Below are positions 26,337 to 41,635 of a DNA stretch of 64,000 nucleotides, piece by piece (the first letter of the stretch is position 1; the number at the start of each line of letters is the position of its first letter). Origin of the DNA: Negaprion brevirostris. Lineage: Eukaryota. The notes beneath the pieces were generated by a model that made no database searches, was not told the DNA's origin, and saw nothing but the letters and a program-made list of their open reading frames with translations. The stretch covers positions 62,544,417 to 62,608,416 of the forward strand of contig JARDVH010000031.1 of NCBI GenBank assembly GCA_030324005.1, in the 5' to 3' direction. The translations under genes and the position numbers were made by a program.

Positions 26337-27689
26337 ATCTAAGACAGAAATTATACAACAATTAGCCTCAATATCCTTCAGCTGGAGATACAGAGAAATG
26401 AACTAGTACTGAAAACAGAACTGGGCTTGGCTGGAGTTTCCCTGCCTCCTCAACCCCTATAAATAAATAACTTGTAGGTACTGTTGCACAGGCTTTGGAA
26501 GTAACAGCCATTCAACCAATAAACCAGAGGGTGCTGAGTGCTCCGCAAACAGTCAGCAATGCCTTTTTGAAAGTTGAAAATGTTTACATTTTAAAACTAG
26601 AGAGAGAAATTAGGATGTAGGATTTAAGATTGTCCCCTTTCAGACACCCAGTTCCTCAGAGGCAAATATAAGCTTATTAGTTCTCATTAGAGATGCAGAA
26701 AGGAAATGTTGTTAAATATAAAGTTACTTTAATTTTAATAAAGTAGCGACACATGAAATTAGATTTTTTCACTCCAATATCAATGTGATGCTAGTGAATG
26801 TTCTGCGGTGACAACGAAATTAGGGGTTGCAAAATTATAGAAGATCCACTTACATTGGTCAAGTGGAGCATGCCTGCAATTTATGGGTACAAATTGCCCA
26901 AAGTACATCAGCACAATTTCTCCAGATTGACCACTAGAAACCTTAACCTGAAACATTAACACTAAACATTCTACATCTGTCTGGTAGAATATTCATGTAA
27001 AATGAATTCCCTTGTGTGTAATGGAAGAGTCTGAGCTGATGATAAATTTTAATAATTAGCACCCCAAATAAATGAACATGCTTTAATCCTAATTCTAATG
27101 TGTAGCAGGTGTACTGAAGCATTTGTGAAACTTAATACTGTGGGACAGAATTTCCAAAGACTAAGTACAAATCGACTTTACCTCAGTTCTTTGTACTTCA
27201 CTGAACTGTATCAGTTTCTAGGAATATTCTTTAGCCGAGGCAATAACAGTCTGCAGCACAATTTTAGGTCACAGACCCTTTGTTTTTCAGATGAACCAGT
27301 TGATAATTATCAAGAACATTATGTTTAAATTCAGTTTAGATTCTGAATTTAAAGCTCACACAAAGCTTGTAAATACAGTCAGACAACGGTAGTTCTTGTA
27401 GCAGTTTCCATTGTCCAAGAAATCAACATATTTGCTCCTCTGAAGTAGCTGCACTGGAAAGGAAATATGGGTGTGATATTTCGCATGAGTCAGTACATCT
27501 TGTGGCCTACTCAGAAATTCTTGTAAGCCTACATCATGACTTCTCAAATAGTTTGTGGCATGATCATGTACAGCATAAAATTAAAATTGCTAATGAAAAA
27601 GGCTGAACTTACAGTAGGACTTTTGAATTGTAAGTGGCTATTTAACTCAGATTTCTGGCCAAATGCTGTTACGGTAATAGCATGAAGAG

Positions 27690-28706
27690 AGCATTGGTCA
27701 ACTAACAGAAAGCAAAGAGTGGGAGTAAATGGGTGTTTTTTCTGGTTGGCGATCAGAGACTAGTGGAATGACTCAAGGATCAGTGTTGGGACTGCAATTG
27801 TTTATGATTTATGTAGATGATTTAGAGTTGGGGACCGAGTGTAGTGTGTCAAAATTCGCAGATGACATTAAGATGGATGGAAGAGCAAAGTGTGCAGAGG
27901 GTTTGGCAGATGGAGTACAATGTTGGTAAATATGAGGTCATCCATTTTGGTAGGAATAACAGCAAAATGGACTATTATTTNNNNNNNNNNNNNNNNNNNN
28001 NNNNNNNNNNNNNNNNNNNNNNNNNNNNNNNNNNNNNNNNNNNNNNNNNNNNNNNNNNNNNNNNNNNNNNNNNNNNNNNNNNNNNNNNNNNNNNNNNNNN
28101 NNNNNNNNNNNNNNNNNNNNNNNNNNNNNNNNNNNNNNNNNNNNNNNNNNNNNNNNNNNNNNNNNNNNNNNNNNNNNNNNNNNNNNNNNNNNNNNNNNNN
28201 NNNNNNNNNNNNNNNNNNNNNNNNNNNNNNNNNNNNNNNNNNNNNNNNNNNNNNNNNNNNNNNNNNNNNNNNNNNNNNNNNNNNNNNNNNNNNNNNNNNN
28301 NNNNNNNNNNNNNNNNNNNNNNNNNNNNNNNNNNNNNNNNNNNNNNNNNNNNNNNNNNNNNNNNNNNNNNNNNNNNNNNNNNNNNNNNNNNNNNNNNNNN
28401 NNNNNNNNNNNNNNNNNNNNNNNNNNNNNNNNNNNNNNNNNNNNNNNNNNNNNNNNNNNNNNNNNNNNNNNNNNNNNNNNNNNNNTGGAATTCCCTGCCC
28501 AGTGAAGCAGTTGAGGCTACCTCATTGAATGTTTTTAAGGCAAGGATAGATACATTTTTTAATAGTAAATGAATTAAGGGTTACGGTGAGCAAGCGGGTA
28601 AGTGAAGCCGAGTCCGCAAAAAGATCAGCCATGATCTTATTGAGTGGCGGAGCAGGCTTGAGGGGCCAGATGGCCTAGTCCTGCTCCTAGTTCTTATGTT
28701 CTTATG
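27690..28706 (+). mobile_element. CR1-type LINE RT and 3' end, spanning a gap
   Basis: QGSVLGLQLFMIYVDDL..KFADD; WNSLP; tail ctcctgctcctagttcttatgttcttatg-like. Confidence 0.92.
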
Positions 28707-30379
28707 CATTTTTCTTCCACCAATTCTAATACAACTAATTTCATAGTTCCATCCACTTTTTAAAAGTACCATTGTTGTTTAATGATTAAACCCGGTTTTC
28801 AAGTTTGTCGTGAGTTGGGTAGCCCAAAAACAACCATTACTCTCTTAGTGTATCCTTAATCATAGAATATTAGGGACAGGCAAAGGCTAATAAAACCCTG
28901 AGTAATCCAATCCCAAGAGATCTGCCCACAAGTTTGTGCAAAGCAAAGATTTGTGATAGCCAAGCTCCCATTCTCACATGAACGCATATTCATGTAACCC
29001 AAAATGTGCCTACAAATGTGATTGATGTCAAAATCAACAGACTCAAATGTCAAATGAAAAAAAAACACTATAAAGCTGCAAATGTGAAAAAGTCTGCATT
29101 TAATAAACACCTTACAATAGCCCAACCTTGTCAAAGACTTTGCATTGAAAAACTTCAGGAATTAAGTCTGAAAAAACTCTAATCTTTTAATACAGAGCAT
29201 GTTTTCTTCAGACACCTGTGACAGAGTCCACCAGTCATCAGCACAGTCAAACATGTGTTTGGTGTTTTCATGCTGCAATGTAAAATCCCAGAGCATCTCT
29301 ATGGCCTCCACAGCATCAGCTAGAGAAACAAGCATTCAAGCGGAAGGGCATGCATCAGATTCTCCAGTCACTGGTCTCCTTGGGTTTCATGATTTCACAC
29401 TTAAGATTTCAAGTCAAATATGGCTTTACTTCAGTTAAGAGTCAAATTCGACTTGAAATATTAATTGTTTTTCTCTCCACAAAATGTTGCCTGATCTGTT
29501 AAGTATTTTCAACACTATTAATTATAAAAAGCTGTGTTTTGATTAAGTAGATAGGGGTAAACTGTACAGGCAAGAGGATTGATAACCAGAGGACAGACTG
29601 AACATAATTGACAAAATAATCAGCAAGGCAGTGGTAGTTTTGTCAACGTCTGGAAGACACAATAGTAATTTAAAAATAAAGAGGCCATGTACTCAAAGGA
29701 AAAATTTGCACATCTCCGGAAAAAAAAGGCATGATGTGAAGAGCCATCACCAATACAATAGGCTTTTTTCCATTTGGTAAAACCTTGAAAAAGCTAGACA
29801 ATGGGATCACATCTTTGATATCAATTTCTCTATATAACACTTATTTACATTTTCATACACACAAGTCAGTTTATTTTAAAATGTGGCAGTACTTCGAAAG
29901 ATTATAACCTGTTATCATGCCAGGCTGAATGCATATAAAATATTCTTAAGGAACATCCATTTAATGCTAATGGACAGGTAAATCAGCTTTCTAACCTCAA
30001 AGCACAAGTTCATACTGATAATTTAACTCTACAGTGCATTGAAAGAGTTGTGATTGGAAGCCAATGTGTCTCTGAGCAGCCATTTAAAATCTTCAGCGAA
30101 GTGAGCGGAATCCGTCTTTTTTTTAAATAAAGGATTGATGCGAGTTTAACAAGTCAAACAATTTCATTGTCAGTGATTTTTGTTCTTTTCTGCCAAAAAA
30201 ATCCTGACATTTCATTAACAACACAGCAATCTTCAGAAATATACTCCCCAATTAATTGAAACTTGTTTTAACTTTTTTTTAATGTCATAATTGAGATACC
30301 CTATGGGAGGACTAAATTATTTCAATGTTGGAAACTATATAAGGACAAAATGGAACGTAATGGAACAATCTCTAATTTC

Positions 30380-30820
30380 TTGTAAGTGTGCAGCTCCAAC
30401 ATTNNNNNNNNNNGGAACTCAATGATACTGGACAAAGCAGTCCACTTAATTGGTGCCCCATTCACCATTTGTGGACCAAGGTTACAGTAAATATCGCTAA
30501 TAATTCACTGCAGCAACTTGCTAAGGTTTCTTGAATAACACTGCCATAATCCATGACCTCTACTACCAAGGAGGACAAAGGTAGCAGGAGCGTGGGAAAG
30601 CCACCACCTCCAAGTCACAGACTATCCTGACTTGGAAACATACCATCCTCACTGAGTCAAAATCCTAAAACTCCTCAACAGCACTGTAGAAATACTTCCA
30701 CCATGTTTCCTGCAATGGTTCAAGGTGGTGGCTCACCACCACGTTTGAGGGCATTGAAATTGGCGTCAAACGCTGGCCTTACCAGTAACAAGACACATGC
30801 CACAAATGGTTAAAAAAATG
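30380..30820 (+). mobile_element. L2/CR1-group LINE 3' end; related copies at 35990-36700(-), 48485-48630, 49805-50005, 56750-56945
   Basis: DKAVHLIG-like remnant and shared tail gtcaaaatcct..gctcaccaccac..gggcatt. Confidence 0.65.
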
Positions 30821-32189
30821 CAATGTCCACCTTGATATATGTAGCTTTTGACAATCAGTAATGAAACTCTAAGATAGAACAGCTTTTCACATCAATCACC
30901 TCTCACTGTTGAGTTAGCACATAGCTAGTAGCCAGGGATGTCAAATATTCACTTCCAATTCAGATTCATTTTAACAATCAAATTCTTCTCGATCAGCAGT
31001 TAAGAAATTAAATGTTGGAAATGGTTAAGAGAGCAAGATCAGAACAGTATTCTCCTGAGTGGTGGTCCATTTGCTTTTAGCAGCAACTAAAAATTCATTT
31101 TTTTTTTACTTCCTGCATTCAGGTTAGTGCATAAAAATTGACCCCAACAGATGAGAAATACTGCACTTGCAATAAATTTTAAATCTATGGATTGTTTACA
31201 AAAATATTTCAAGGAGGATCTGCCCAACTACTGAACACACTAATCAAGTCAATTTTGAATTTCAGAAGTTGCACTTCACTGAAAAAATGGCTGCATCTTG
31301 ATAGTTTTATGCAGTATGTCCTTATGAATGGAACTCTGAACGGAAGCCAATTTTAAAAAATAACAATTACCTAGTCTATTAGTGACCAACTCTAAGAGGT
31401 ATTGCGGTCAGCAGGTAATCAACATACTTTGTTGTACTTGCAAGTATATAATATCCTAAATGTACAGAACATTCATGCTACATCCAAGACATTTAATATT
31501 TTACCCGTTACCCTATGACATCGCTTCTGGTGACAGAGCACATAATTTAATAATGCAGAGTTGTGTACAACGTAACATATTCAGGTTCACCTATTAGCTG
31601 GAGAAATTCCATCCTTATTTCTTGCCAGAAACTATTATACATGCTTAAAAGTAGTAAATTCTGCAATTTAGCCACTCTTCATAAAACTTGAAATAATTAT
31701 TTAGGTTACATTTAAATTCAATTTATAGCTCGTTGCAAAGGACATGATTCACAAAATTGTAGGCAACAAGTGACAGCATGGAGGTAGGTGTATAAAGATT
31801 TATTACTGGACCGTATGTAAGATTTTGCAATTATGAGCAATAATTCTCGGTTTGGCGATAGTTTGGAGAGCATCTTTATTATTTGTAGCGATCAGATGGA
31901 ATGTCAGACTGATTTATTGGTCAACTCTTGGAGTCCCATGATAAAATACACACTTGACACCTGTTGGGGCAGGAGGTGGCAATAGAAAAGATGCTTAGCC
32001 CTGAAACAGAAGAGACACCTAGAGTCTTTGAGAAATGGGTACTTGGAACAGGGTCTGGTTATACTGTGTGATGCAGCATAGCTGTATCAGGTGGGGAGTA
32101 ACAATATTGAGAACAGAAGTCGAGATCTGGCATCAGGGTGTGGTTAATTGAGTGGCTGATGGGAGAGTTGAGGGTCTTTTTTTTTTAAA

Positions 32190-32470
32190 AAGCATTTGTC
32201 ACAAGTAGGTTTACATTGACACTGCAGTGAAAGTGTGAAAATCCTCTTGTTGCCACACTCCAGCACCTGTTTGGGTACACTAAGGGAGTATTTAGCATGG
32301 TCAATTCACCTAATCAGCACGTCTGTTGTAGTGAGGGGGGAATCAGGAGCACCCGGAGGAAATCCATGCAGGCACAAGGAAAACGTACACAATCCACACA
32401 GTGACCCATGCCAGAAATCAAACCCAGTCTCTGGAGCTGAGACACAGCAATGCTAACTACTGTGTTGCCC
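32190..32470 (-). repeat. V-SINE with an alternative 3' tail
   Basis: Same head and V-domain; tail tgtcacaagtagg(c/t)ttacatt. Confidence 0.8.
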
Positions 32471-33345
32471 CTAAATTTTAGGGATCTAGTATTACTTTTT
32501 AATGAAAGGTGTTGGGATATGGAACTATCGCAACTGTGCACAGAAATGAATTGAAGGCACAGGCCTCTAAGACATGTTAAAAACTTTATTTCCAACATTA
32601 GAAATTTCAGTAACTGAGATAAAAAATGACTGGAGACTTTTCTCAAAACCCTGGTTCAACTGATAGGTCATTGAAAATTTGGTTTTTTTTGGTTCTCTTA
32701 AAAGCAGCTTTCTACCTCCTCCTAGGTTTCCCAGAAAAACTGACAGCAAAAGTGAAGATCAATAAGTGACATAGCATAGCCATTATACCCAATATTTAAT
32801 ACATACTTAACAAAAGTATGTCTCCTGTAAACATTATACCGGTACATTAAACACTTTTATTAACCCTAATAATTCCTCTGATGCACTTTGACTACAAGCT
32901 TAACTAGCCATTCAGTATCATTTTGCTTGAATTCAAGAGCCCAAATTAAAAGTATAGGATACTAAATTAACCAAAAACTTTTAAACCCATGATTGCCAAA
33001 ATGTTGCTGACTGCTTTACCTAGTGCATTAAATATTAAAAGTTGAAGTATGATATAATTATACTTTTTTTTTTACAAAGTTTTGTCAAAAATATTGTTAC
33101 AAATGTATTAAAAGTTCTGCAAAGATCGAATCATATTACGTATTACTGAAAAGACACTGAAATAAACTAATTTAAACTGTCCATGCAAGGTTATTAAAGC
33201 ACAAATTTTGCTTTTACACAAGTTAGATATTTCAGTTGAACTGTTGCTCAAGAGAATGGAAAAATCTTACATTCTATAGGAAAAGCTTTGAAACTTTATT
33301 TTCTATCAAGATGAAACATTGGAAAGGTTCATATACTGAACTCAC

Positions 33346-33401
33346 ATGATGGAATTATGAACTGTGGCTCTGTATTCCCAGCATACCCAAGCTTTGTATA
33401 C
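33346..33401 (-). CDS. ACTR3: ACTR3 exon 2 ([18 protein letters not shown])
   Basis: 56 nt; acceptor ttgCAG, donor GTGAGT; phase compatible with exons 1 and 3. Confidence 0.97.
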
Positions 33402-36400
33402 CTGCAAGATGAAAAAAAATTGTTTGAGAAACTTTTTTTGAAGAACCCTTATTGCCACAACTGAGTGTTTGAAACTTGCCTACTTCATTTCTAATGCACG
33501 TTAACTAAAAAACATTGGAAGTATTGCCTCAGTGTCTTAAGGAACCCAGTTGTGTAATAAGTTTCCTCTCCCATTTTGTTTCTTTTCAGTGGCTTGGTGA
33601 GGCATAGCAATCTTTTAGGCACGATGGTCTGAGCAGCAGCTGTTATTCACAGGTTTCACAAGGACCAAAGCAAATTATTATGAATACCTCACCCTCAAAC
33701 TACACGGCAAAGTGGTTGGGACATGCCCAAATTAATCCAGTTAACCGAAACATCAGTTGAGAGTAGAATTCTAATTAGAACCTTTTGCAATGAAATCTAG
33801 CTGCTCAGTCAAATCACACACTAGAAATAACACTCTGGTTGGATGAGAGTGGAAGATAGGGTTTACAATCTATGTCAATGATCTTTCAGATTTTACTTAG
33901 GCTTTAAAGTCTTGAAACACTGCTCAATTTGTCAGGTTTAAAATGGAATCTACAAGAGAAACTTATAACTCAATTTTTCATAACTAATCATTCCATGAGA
34001 AATTAGTTTATCAAGAAAACCATGATCTCAGATCCTACTGTTCATAGATAATACATGGCCAAGAGACATTTTAGAAAAATCAGTACTTAACAACTCAATG
34101 TTCAGTACCTTCCAGAATCTTGAAAAAGCAAAGAAACTCAAATCCTAACTGGAAATTGAGGTGCATCCATTATTAGTTGAAGTGCATGCCTGGGAATTCA
34201 ACAAACTGCATGTACTCAGAATGCTGTTAGGGTTGCTCAAAAAAAAATCAAAGGCCAAACTTCTGAGAAAGCCCAACATTTTTAAATAGAAATTTTAGTA
34301 AGATAATACCAGACAACTATCAAATTAGTAAATTTTATCATGTTACTTGCAAATTATGTATTTTAAATTCATACTTGCTTAAAAGTGTAAATATTATAAA
34401 TTTAGTGTACATAAACTGGCTCATTAACATTACAGTAGCAGGTAAGTTAGAAACTCCCATGAGTATTTATGTCGGCAGTTTCAATTAAATGTTGATATAC
34501 TAACCAGAAACAGGCAATTGAAAGTCAAGCTTATGGGCATATGTAAATACTTTCAGCAATCTCCTTTACAGTAACCGAATGACCTATGGATGAAGCTATG
34601 ACAATTGACTTGGCACCTTTCGTCAGAACTGTGACACTGCTGTGGTCTCATCTTTACATTTGGAATGCATAATGTCCAACAATTGTTTATTAATTTTCAA
34701 CTCACTTTTTCTCTTTGCTCACTACCTGACAGATGTTCTATCCTTTCGAGTGGTCAGGATCTCATTTCTTTCAACTTTCAGTTTAATATACATTTCAGAT
34801 ATTATTTGTCAACTTGAATTTCCTGTTGTAGGATGCACCATTATATATTACTAAAACCAGCTTCCTTATTCAGACAATGTAATTATGAAATCCCCATTTT
34901 CACTCCAGTTGTCTACATATTGGAGGGAGACCACATCTGTCAATTTTACTCAATGAAAAAGAGATATAGAAGATACAAAATCTAATAAATAGCTGATGTC
35001 AGGAAAAATTTTCAAAGTTCTGTTAAAAACTCTGGGAGAGGGAAGGATAGTACAGAAAATGCCACTTGCAGTGAATTTGCTATTTATATTTTACAATCAA
35101 TAGGATGGATTCTGATCGCTGATGGAATGAATGGGGTTGCCAGCTGAAGACAAATCAAGAAGGCAGCCTAAAATAACGGTTTTGCAAAATGTTGACTTTT
35201 CATTACCACAAATATGAATCAGTCCCTTCAGTTAGTTAAAAAAATACAGGAACTGCCTTAGATTGAAGGTCCTTCAATTTCCTGTGGTGAGACTCGTTCT
35301 TAAAAGCATTTCATTGACGTGTGTGCGGATCAATTAGTTTTAGTTAAAAAAAACCGCTTAGTTTTCAGCAAGTCAACAAGAATAGTCACAGAGCCGTTTG
35401 AAAATAGAGATTTATATTGCAGATTACCAGCACTTCAAGATGGACTCCAACAATCAGTTCTGAAGAGTTCTCTTTGATGGCTTTGGGGACAAGTGAAACA
35501 CATGGTGCAATACTGAGCCAAGATTAAGTAATTAAGTTTAATTCCCAATCTGTGAAAAATCCCTCCAATACTGGTTTTCAAACAATTACCGTTGCTGGTT
35601 TACATGTGGTTTATAAGAGAGACTTAGTTAGAACATGACTCACACATGAAGGGGCCATTGTTGACTCAGCTAACACCGCTTACGGTCTGGCTTCAGGTGA
35701 AAACCAACTATCTGGGCAAGTTACCGGAGAATAAAACTTTAGGCCATATGACAAAATGGAGGGAAAGAACAATAAGAACATACAATAAGGAAATTAAAGC
35801 AGCAGCAAGCCATTCAACTCCGAGATTGCTCTGTCATTCAACATAATTGCAGAAGATCTGCTAAGAAGTCACCATGTTGCATTATTCCTGTAGTGCTTAG
35901 TATCCAAAAAAAATCTATCTACCCTTCCTGAAAATCTAGCTAGACGTGCACTTCTTTCTTCCACAGGATTGAAGAGATTTTCAGTTCATTTATGGGATGT
36001 GGGCATCACTGACAAGTCCAACATTTACTGCCCAGCCTTTTTGAACTGCTGCAGTCCATTTGGTGTGGGTTACACAACACCACCAACCGCACCCCCACTC
36101 CCCCCTAGTGCTGCTGGGAAGGACACCCAGGATTTTAATCCAGCAATGAAAAAACAGTGATATAGTTACAAGTCAGGGTGATATATAGCTTGGAGGGGAA
36201 CTTGGTAATGATGGGTTGCTGTTCTTCCATGCATCTGCAGCCCTTGCTCTTCTAGGTGCTATAGATTAGTGTTTAGAAAGTGCTGTCCAAGGAAATTTGG
36301 CAAGTTGCTGCAGTGCATCATGTTGATGGTGTATACTACTGTGCTTGTGCACCAGTGATGGACGGAATAAATGTATCCTGTACCATGATCTTGAACAATC

Positions 36401-37164
36401 AAGCACACAATGTCCTGGATGGCATTGAGCTTCTCAATGTTGTTGAAAAGCTGCATTCAGTCAGGCAAGTGAGTATTCCATCACACTCCTGAATTGTGCC
36501 ACACTGCTGGTGGATAGGCTTTGGGAGTCCAGAGTGGAATTATCTGCTGCAGAATTCCCCAGTCTCTGAACTGGTCTTGCAAATATAAAACATCAAGGAG
36601 ACATGGTTTGATACTCTTATTGGAGATGACTATTGCCTGGCATTTGGTCAAGTGTATTACTTTCCACTGATCAGCTCAAGCCTGAATATTGTCCATAGCT
36701 ACACAGGTTAGATGGAATGGCCATGGTAAATTTCCCCTTAGTTTCCCAAGATGTGTCGGTTAGATTGATCCGCCACTTACAGGGATAGGAGCAGGGTAGT
36801 GGCCTACGAAAGATACTGTTAGGCTATATGGGCTAAATGGCTTCCTTCTACACTGTAGGGATTCTACGCTATGGACACTGATCTCTTCAGAAACTGAAGA
36901 GTTGCAAACATCCCCACTTCTGATGCATGATGGGCAGGAGGTCATTAAGGAAGGAGCTGAAGGAGGTTGGTCCCAGGATACCAATCCTGAGGAACACTGC
37001 TGAGATGATTGGCCTCCAACAACCACAATGATCTTCCTTTGTTTGCAACTGAAAAATCCTGTAACTTCTAAATGTCCTTTCTTTAGGAGCAATAAGCAAA
37101 GTAGGTGCAAAGTTCTAGGCTTATGGATTGTTCTTGTAAAATAATTATGTCTTAGGGTATCTCA

Positions 37165-37466
37165 TTGAGACACATAAGATGATGAATGGGATGGATAGGA
37201 TAGAGGTGGAGAGGCTCTTCCCGCTCAGAAAGGACAGTAGGACTAGGGGGNNNNNNNNNNNNNNNNNNNNNNNNNNNNNNNNNNNNNNNNNNNNNNNNNN
37301 NNNNNNNNNNNNNNNNNNNNNNNNNNNNNNNNNNNNNNNNNNNNNNNNNNGGGAGAGGGCGGGAATGTGGAACTGAGACACGACAGATCAGCCATGATCT
37401 TATTGAATGGCGGGGCAGGCTCAAGGGCTGGATGGCCTACTCCTGCTCCTATTTCTTATGTTCTTA
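37165..37466 (+). mobile_element. Young CR1 3' end
   Basis: MNGMDRIEVERLFPL..SRTRG; same tail as 4850-4938. Confidence 0.88.
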
Positions 37467-39346
37467 AGGTATATTGGTAATGCAATGAAGTTATTTAAAA
37501 AAAAGACAAACATGAGGAATAAATTTTGTAAACTGGGAAATAAGACAACTGTAAATTCCTCTGTACACAAAAAAAAAGGAACTGAACTTGTCAAGGAACC
37601 AAGCCAAAATACCAAGCCTGTCACAACAGGCTCTAGCATTGCAGAAGTGTGATTACCTCCATTTTCATTGCAGTGGAAAGACTACATAAACATCTTTACT
37701 AAATTCAGTGGACAAACAGAATTAATATTTATTCAGAATGGCGTAAACTCAACACTAACCTCATATGCAGCATTTATTAGATAGTTTCAGATCCTTTTGT
37801 GGTCTGAATCAAGTTTTATCATACGATTCATATACCTTTCCCCTCTACATTAGAATTGCTGCACATAGCATGCTACAAAATTCCTGCAAATTTTACACAT
37901 TTCCCAAAACAGTTGCCCCAATTACACCTGGTTGATAACAGCAAAGTTACATTTATTGGACTCACTTTAGGAACTGACATGGGGTAATTGCTAGGGGGTA
38001 TTAAAGGTTCCCTTGATCCAATTTATTTTAAGCCGGAGATCAGGCTTTATTGCATAAACTGTTACAAGAATAACTTTCAATCACTAATGACTTCTACGAA
38101 CTCAATGTTTTTTTCAAAAACAGCAGCAAAACTCCTAAAACTGAACCAAAATGTTCAGTTATCTTGGATTAGGAATTTTAAAGTTTTCTGCCACACACTA
38201 GGCTAACGTACAAAAACTGACAGAGGAAGTGCACTTGTTGATGGATGCAAAAAAATGTACTTTCAGTAAAAGTGAAAGCATCTACAACATGAACCTATAC
38301 TAGAAATACTCAACAGGAAGATATGAATTTACTACTAAAAATAAACAAGATAATAGCTTTTCCCAGCTACAGGTAACCTGCATTGAATATGTTGGGACCG
38401 TCAATCATTGCTCACTTAAGGAAAACTCTTGCACCATTCTTTTCCTTAAATTCATCACAATCTTACACAGAAAGCCACGAGTATGCCTACCTTGTACCAT
38501 TACTTCACATGTTACTTATATCTCTATTACTTATCAGACTCATGAATAGTGTCATTATTATAATTTATTAACAGTTTATTTCGCAGCTATAAACCGCCTC
38601 TTAACAGGATCCAGCTCAGACTTTTCCAATGTACCAAGCAGACTGTGATTTAATACTTCCTACTTATTTCAGAACTGTTTTGTTAACTTTAGTCACACGA
38701 GTTACTTCATATAATTAAATAATTTACTGATACCCTTTATTTAGATTTACAACTGAAATAGATCAGGGTATTAGAATCACCATGAAATATCAAAAGAATG
38801 TCTCAGCATTTCAGAGACGTCAAAAATAAGACAAGTCAATCACATCTGCATTTAAGTTGCTTGCATCAAGCACACTTTACTGACAAAACATATGGGAAAA
38901 TCTGATATGAGCAGCAAAATGTAAGAAAAATTAATTTCATGAGTGACAAATTGGGTCAGCCCACTCATGGGGCATACATTTTCATCATGCATCATTCAGT
39001 GGCCTTATTTTCAAACAACAGTACTTGCTCTTGTTGACAGCTGGAAATATTGCCTCCATACAACTGTAAATAATAAGAATGCTGTNNNNNNNNNNATTAA
39101 TCCTCAAAATAGAGACAATTCTCAACCCTTTCCTCTGTTCAGCACTGCGTTTGAGATTTGCAATGATGTATTCAAACACACCAGGGTTATCAGTTGCCGT
39201 AATCAGTGTGGATCAAAGCTTCTACGTTGTCCCACCAACATGATTCAACTTCAGATGTACCTACCAACTAGTCCTATGGCTTCTGGTGACTTAGATTGAC
39301 AATTTTAAAAAGTTTTTTTTAATTCTGCAAGGTGATAAATTATAGG

Positions 39347-39638
39347 TTCATAGAATCCTAGAGTGCAGAAGGAGGCATTCAGCCCATTGAGTCTACATTG
39401 ACCACAATTCCACCCAGGCCCTATCCCCATAATGGGGATAGCACCTGGGTGAGATTGCGGTCAATGCATTTACCCTAGCTAGTCCCCCGACACCAAGGGG
39501 CAATTTAACATGGCCAATCCACCTAACCCTCACATCTTTGGACTGTGGGAGGAAACCCACACAAACAGTAACCCAAGCCAGGAATCAAACTCAGGTCCCT
39601 GGCACAGTGAGGCAATGGTGCTAACCACTGTGCCACCC
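39347..39638 (-). repeat. HE1/V-SINE-like SINE with an internal fold-back
   Basis: Head, partial V-domain and tail. Confidence 0.85.
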
Positions 39639-39729
39639 TCAAATTCATGTTTTAATTCAAAATCTTTTAAACTGATATGTTATAGTGCAAATGGTGTTTT
39701 GTCCATAAGGATTGAGACACGAAAACAGA

Positions 39730-40280
39730 TCAGAAATATAGATTTATGGCACATGCTTGTTGAAAGAGCAATCCAGTTTAATCCTACCTTCCAGCTTTTG
39801 GTTGGTAAGCTTTATAGGTTACAGCATCTCAGATGCACAAGTGTTTTGTTTTTAAATGGGGATGTGTGTCTCTACCATCCTTTCAGACAGTGAGGTTAAG
39901 ACCCCCACCTATCTCTGGGTGAAAAGAATTACTGACCTTCACTGAAACCCTTCCAATTACTTCAAATCCATACCCCCATCAGGCAAATCAATCCTTCCCA
40001 CCTGCTCCATGTATCCCCTCATTTCATATACTTCAATTAAATCGCCCCTCAGCTTTCTCTGGTCTAAAGGAAGCAACCCCAGCATATTTAAAATTTATAG
40101 TCATGGCAACATCCTTGTAAACACTTGTGTACCCTACAAGCAACTTAATCATGCTCCCCACCACAAAGTCCAAAACATACATATCACAAAAGCAAAGGAA
40201 CCAGTACTTAAACCTATGGAACACCAACGGAAACAGCCTAAGTCATAAAAACACTTGACCACAACGCCAGCTTCCTGCCA
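39730..40280 (-). mobile_element. Degenerate CR1 3' portion
   Basis: Reverse-complement CR1 3' end motifs. Confidence 0.6.
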
Positions 40281-41635
40281 AACCTATGAACCAAACATTT
40301 CAGCTTCGAGACCAGAGATTATTACCAAAAGCGTGTCATCNNNNNNNNNNNNNNNNNNNNNNNNNNNNNNNNNNNNNNNNNNNNNNNNNNNNNNNNNNNN
40401 NNNNNNNNNNNNNNNNNNNNNNNNNNNNNNNNNNNNNNNNNNNNNNNNNNNNNNNNNNNNNNNNNNNNNNNNNNNNNNNNNNNNNNNNNNNNNNNNNNNN
40501 NNNNNNNNNNNNNNNNNNNNNNNNNNNNNNNNNNNNNNNNNNNNNNNNNNNNNNNNNNNNNNNNNNNNNNNNNNNNNNNNNNNNNNNNNNNNNNNNNNNN
40601 NNNNNNNNAATACGCAAATATTAAAGTGACACTAATCATCCATTATACTTGCCCACACTGCAAAATTCAACTGCGCATACATTCCACCCGACAGCACAAT
40701 GTACATATGCTAGAATTCATTTCCCTCAAAGCGCTACAATTTGTCTGTTAGTGACACCAATAGCAAAAGCTTAATGCTTCATTCAAACATTCCTCACAAA
40801 AGTCAGATTGTTTTACAAAGCGGAAAGTGCAAATGGGCAAACATCTCAACTGATCTTAAAAAAATTAACCTGCGCATAATGTTAAAAGAAAACTTCAAAC
40901 ACAATATGCACTGAGCGTGTAGGTGATAGGGGAAATAAAAGAAAAATTAAAAGACAATGAGAGAGAAACGGTGATGGCCAGAATCATTTCACTAATGGCT
41001 TTACCCCTCAAAACTCCCTTATAAGGAAATGATAAATGAAAGGAGGAAGCGGCTTTGACAACTCAGAGAGCTGCTTGGCGCTTGCTGACTTGTGGTCTTT
41101 TTTTCCCTCCCCACATCAGGATTATTGTGCAAATATCTATTTGGAGGGCGAGTAAAACATTTGGGCACCTCAGACGGATCTGCTAATGGTGGGACAGAGA
41201 GAAAGTCTGCCCACGNNNNNNNNNNNNNNNNNNNNNNNNNNNNNNNNNNNNNNNNNNAAAGGTGTAAGCGGAAGGGCGGCAACCGGCTCTGGAAGCAGTG
41301 ACTGGCAGCGCCGCACACACCGACTATTATCAAAGCCCGAAATGAAAAGGGAGAAAATGTCGGGGGAGACTCAACGGGTCTGGTAGCTTCTGTAGAGTGA
41401 GGGGAAATTCGGGCTTAGAGTCTAATCTAACTCTTGTTTCTGAAGCGCCCGGGGCCATGGTTTCTTGATGTCAACCCACTCCGCCCTAGCCCATTGACAG
41501 CCCACTGGAAAGGACGCGGCAAGGCCCCTGCCAGCCCACACCCAGAAATCACAATGCCGACACTCGCCCAGTCCCTGGGGGTAGGAACCGAGTGTGTCAG
41601 AGTGTTACTACTGCCCTCCTTCTCCTCTCACTTAC

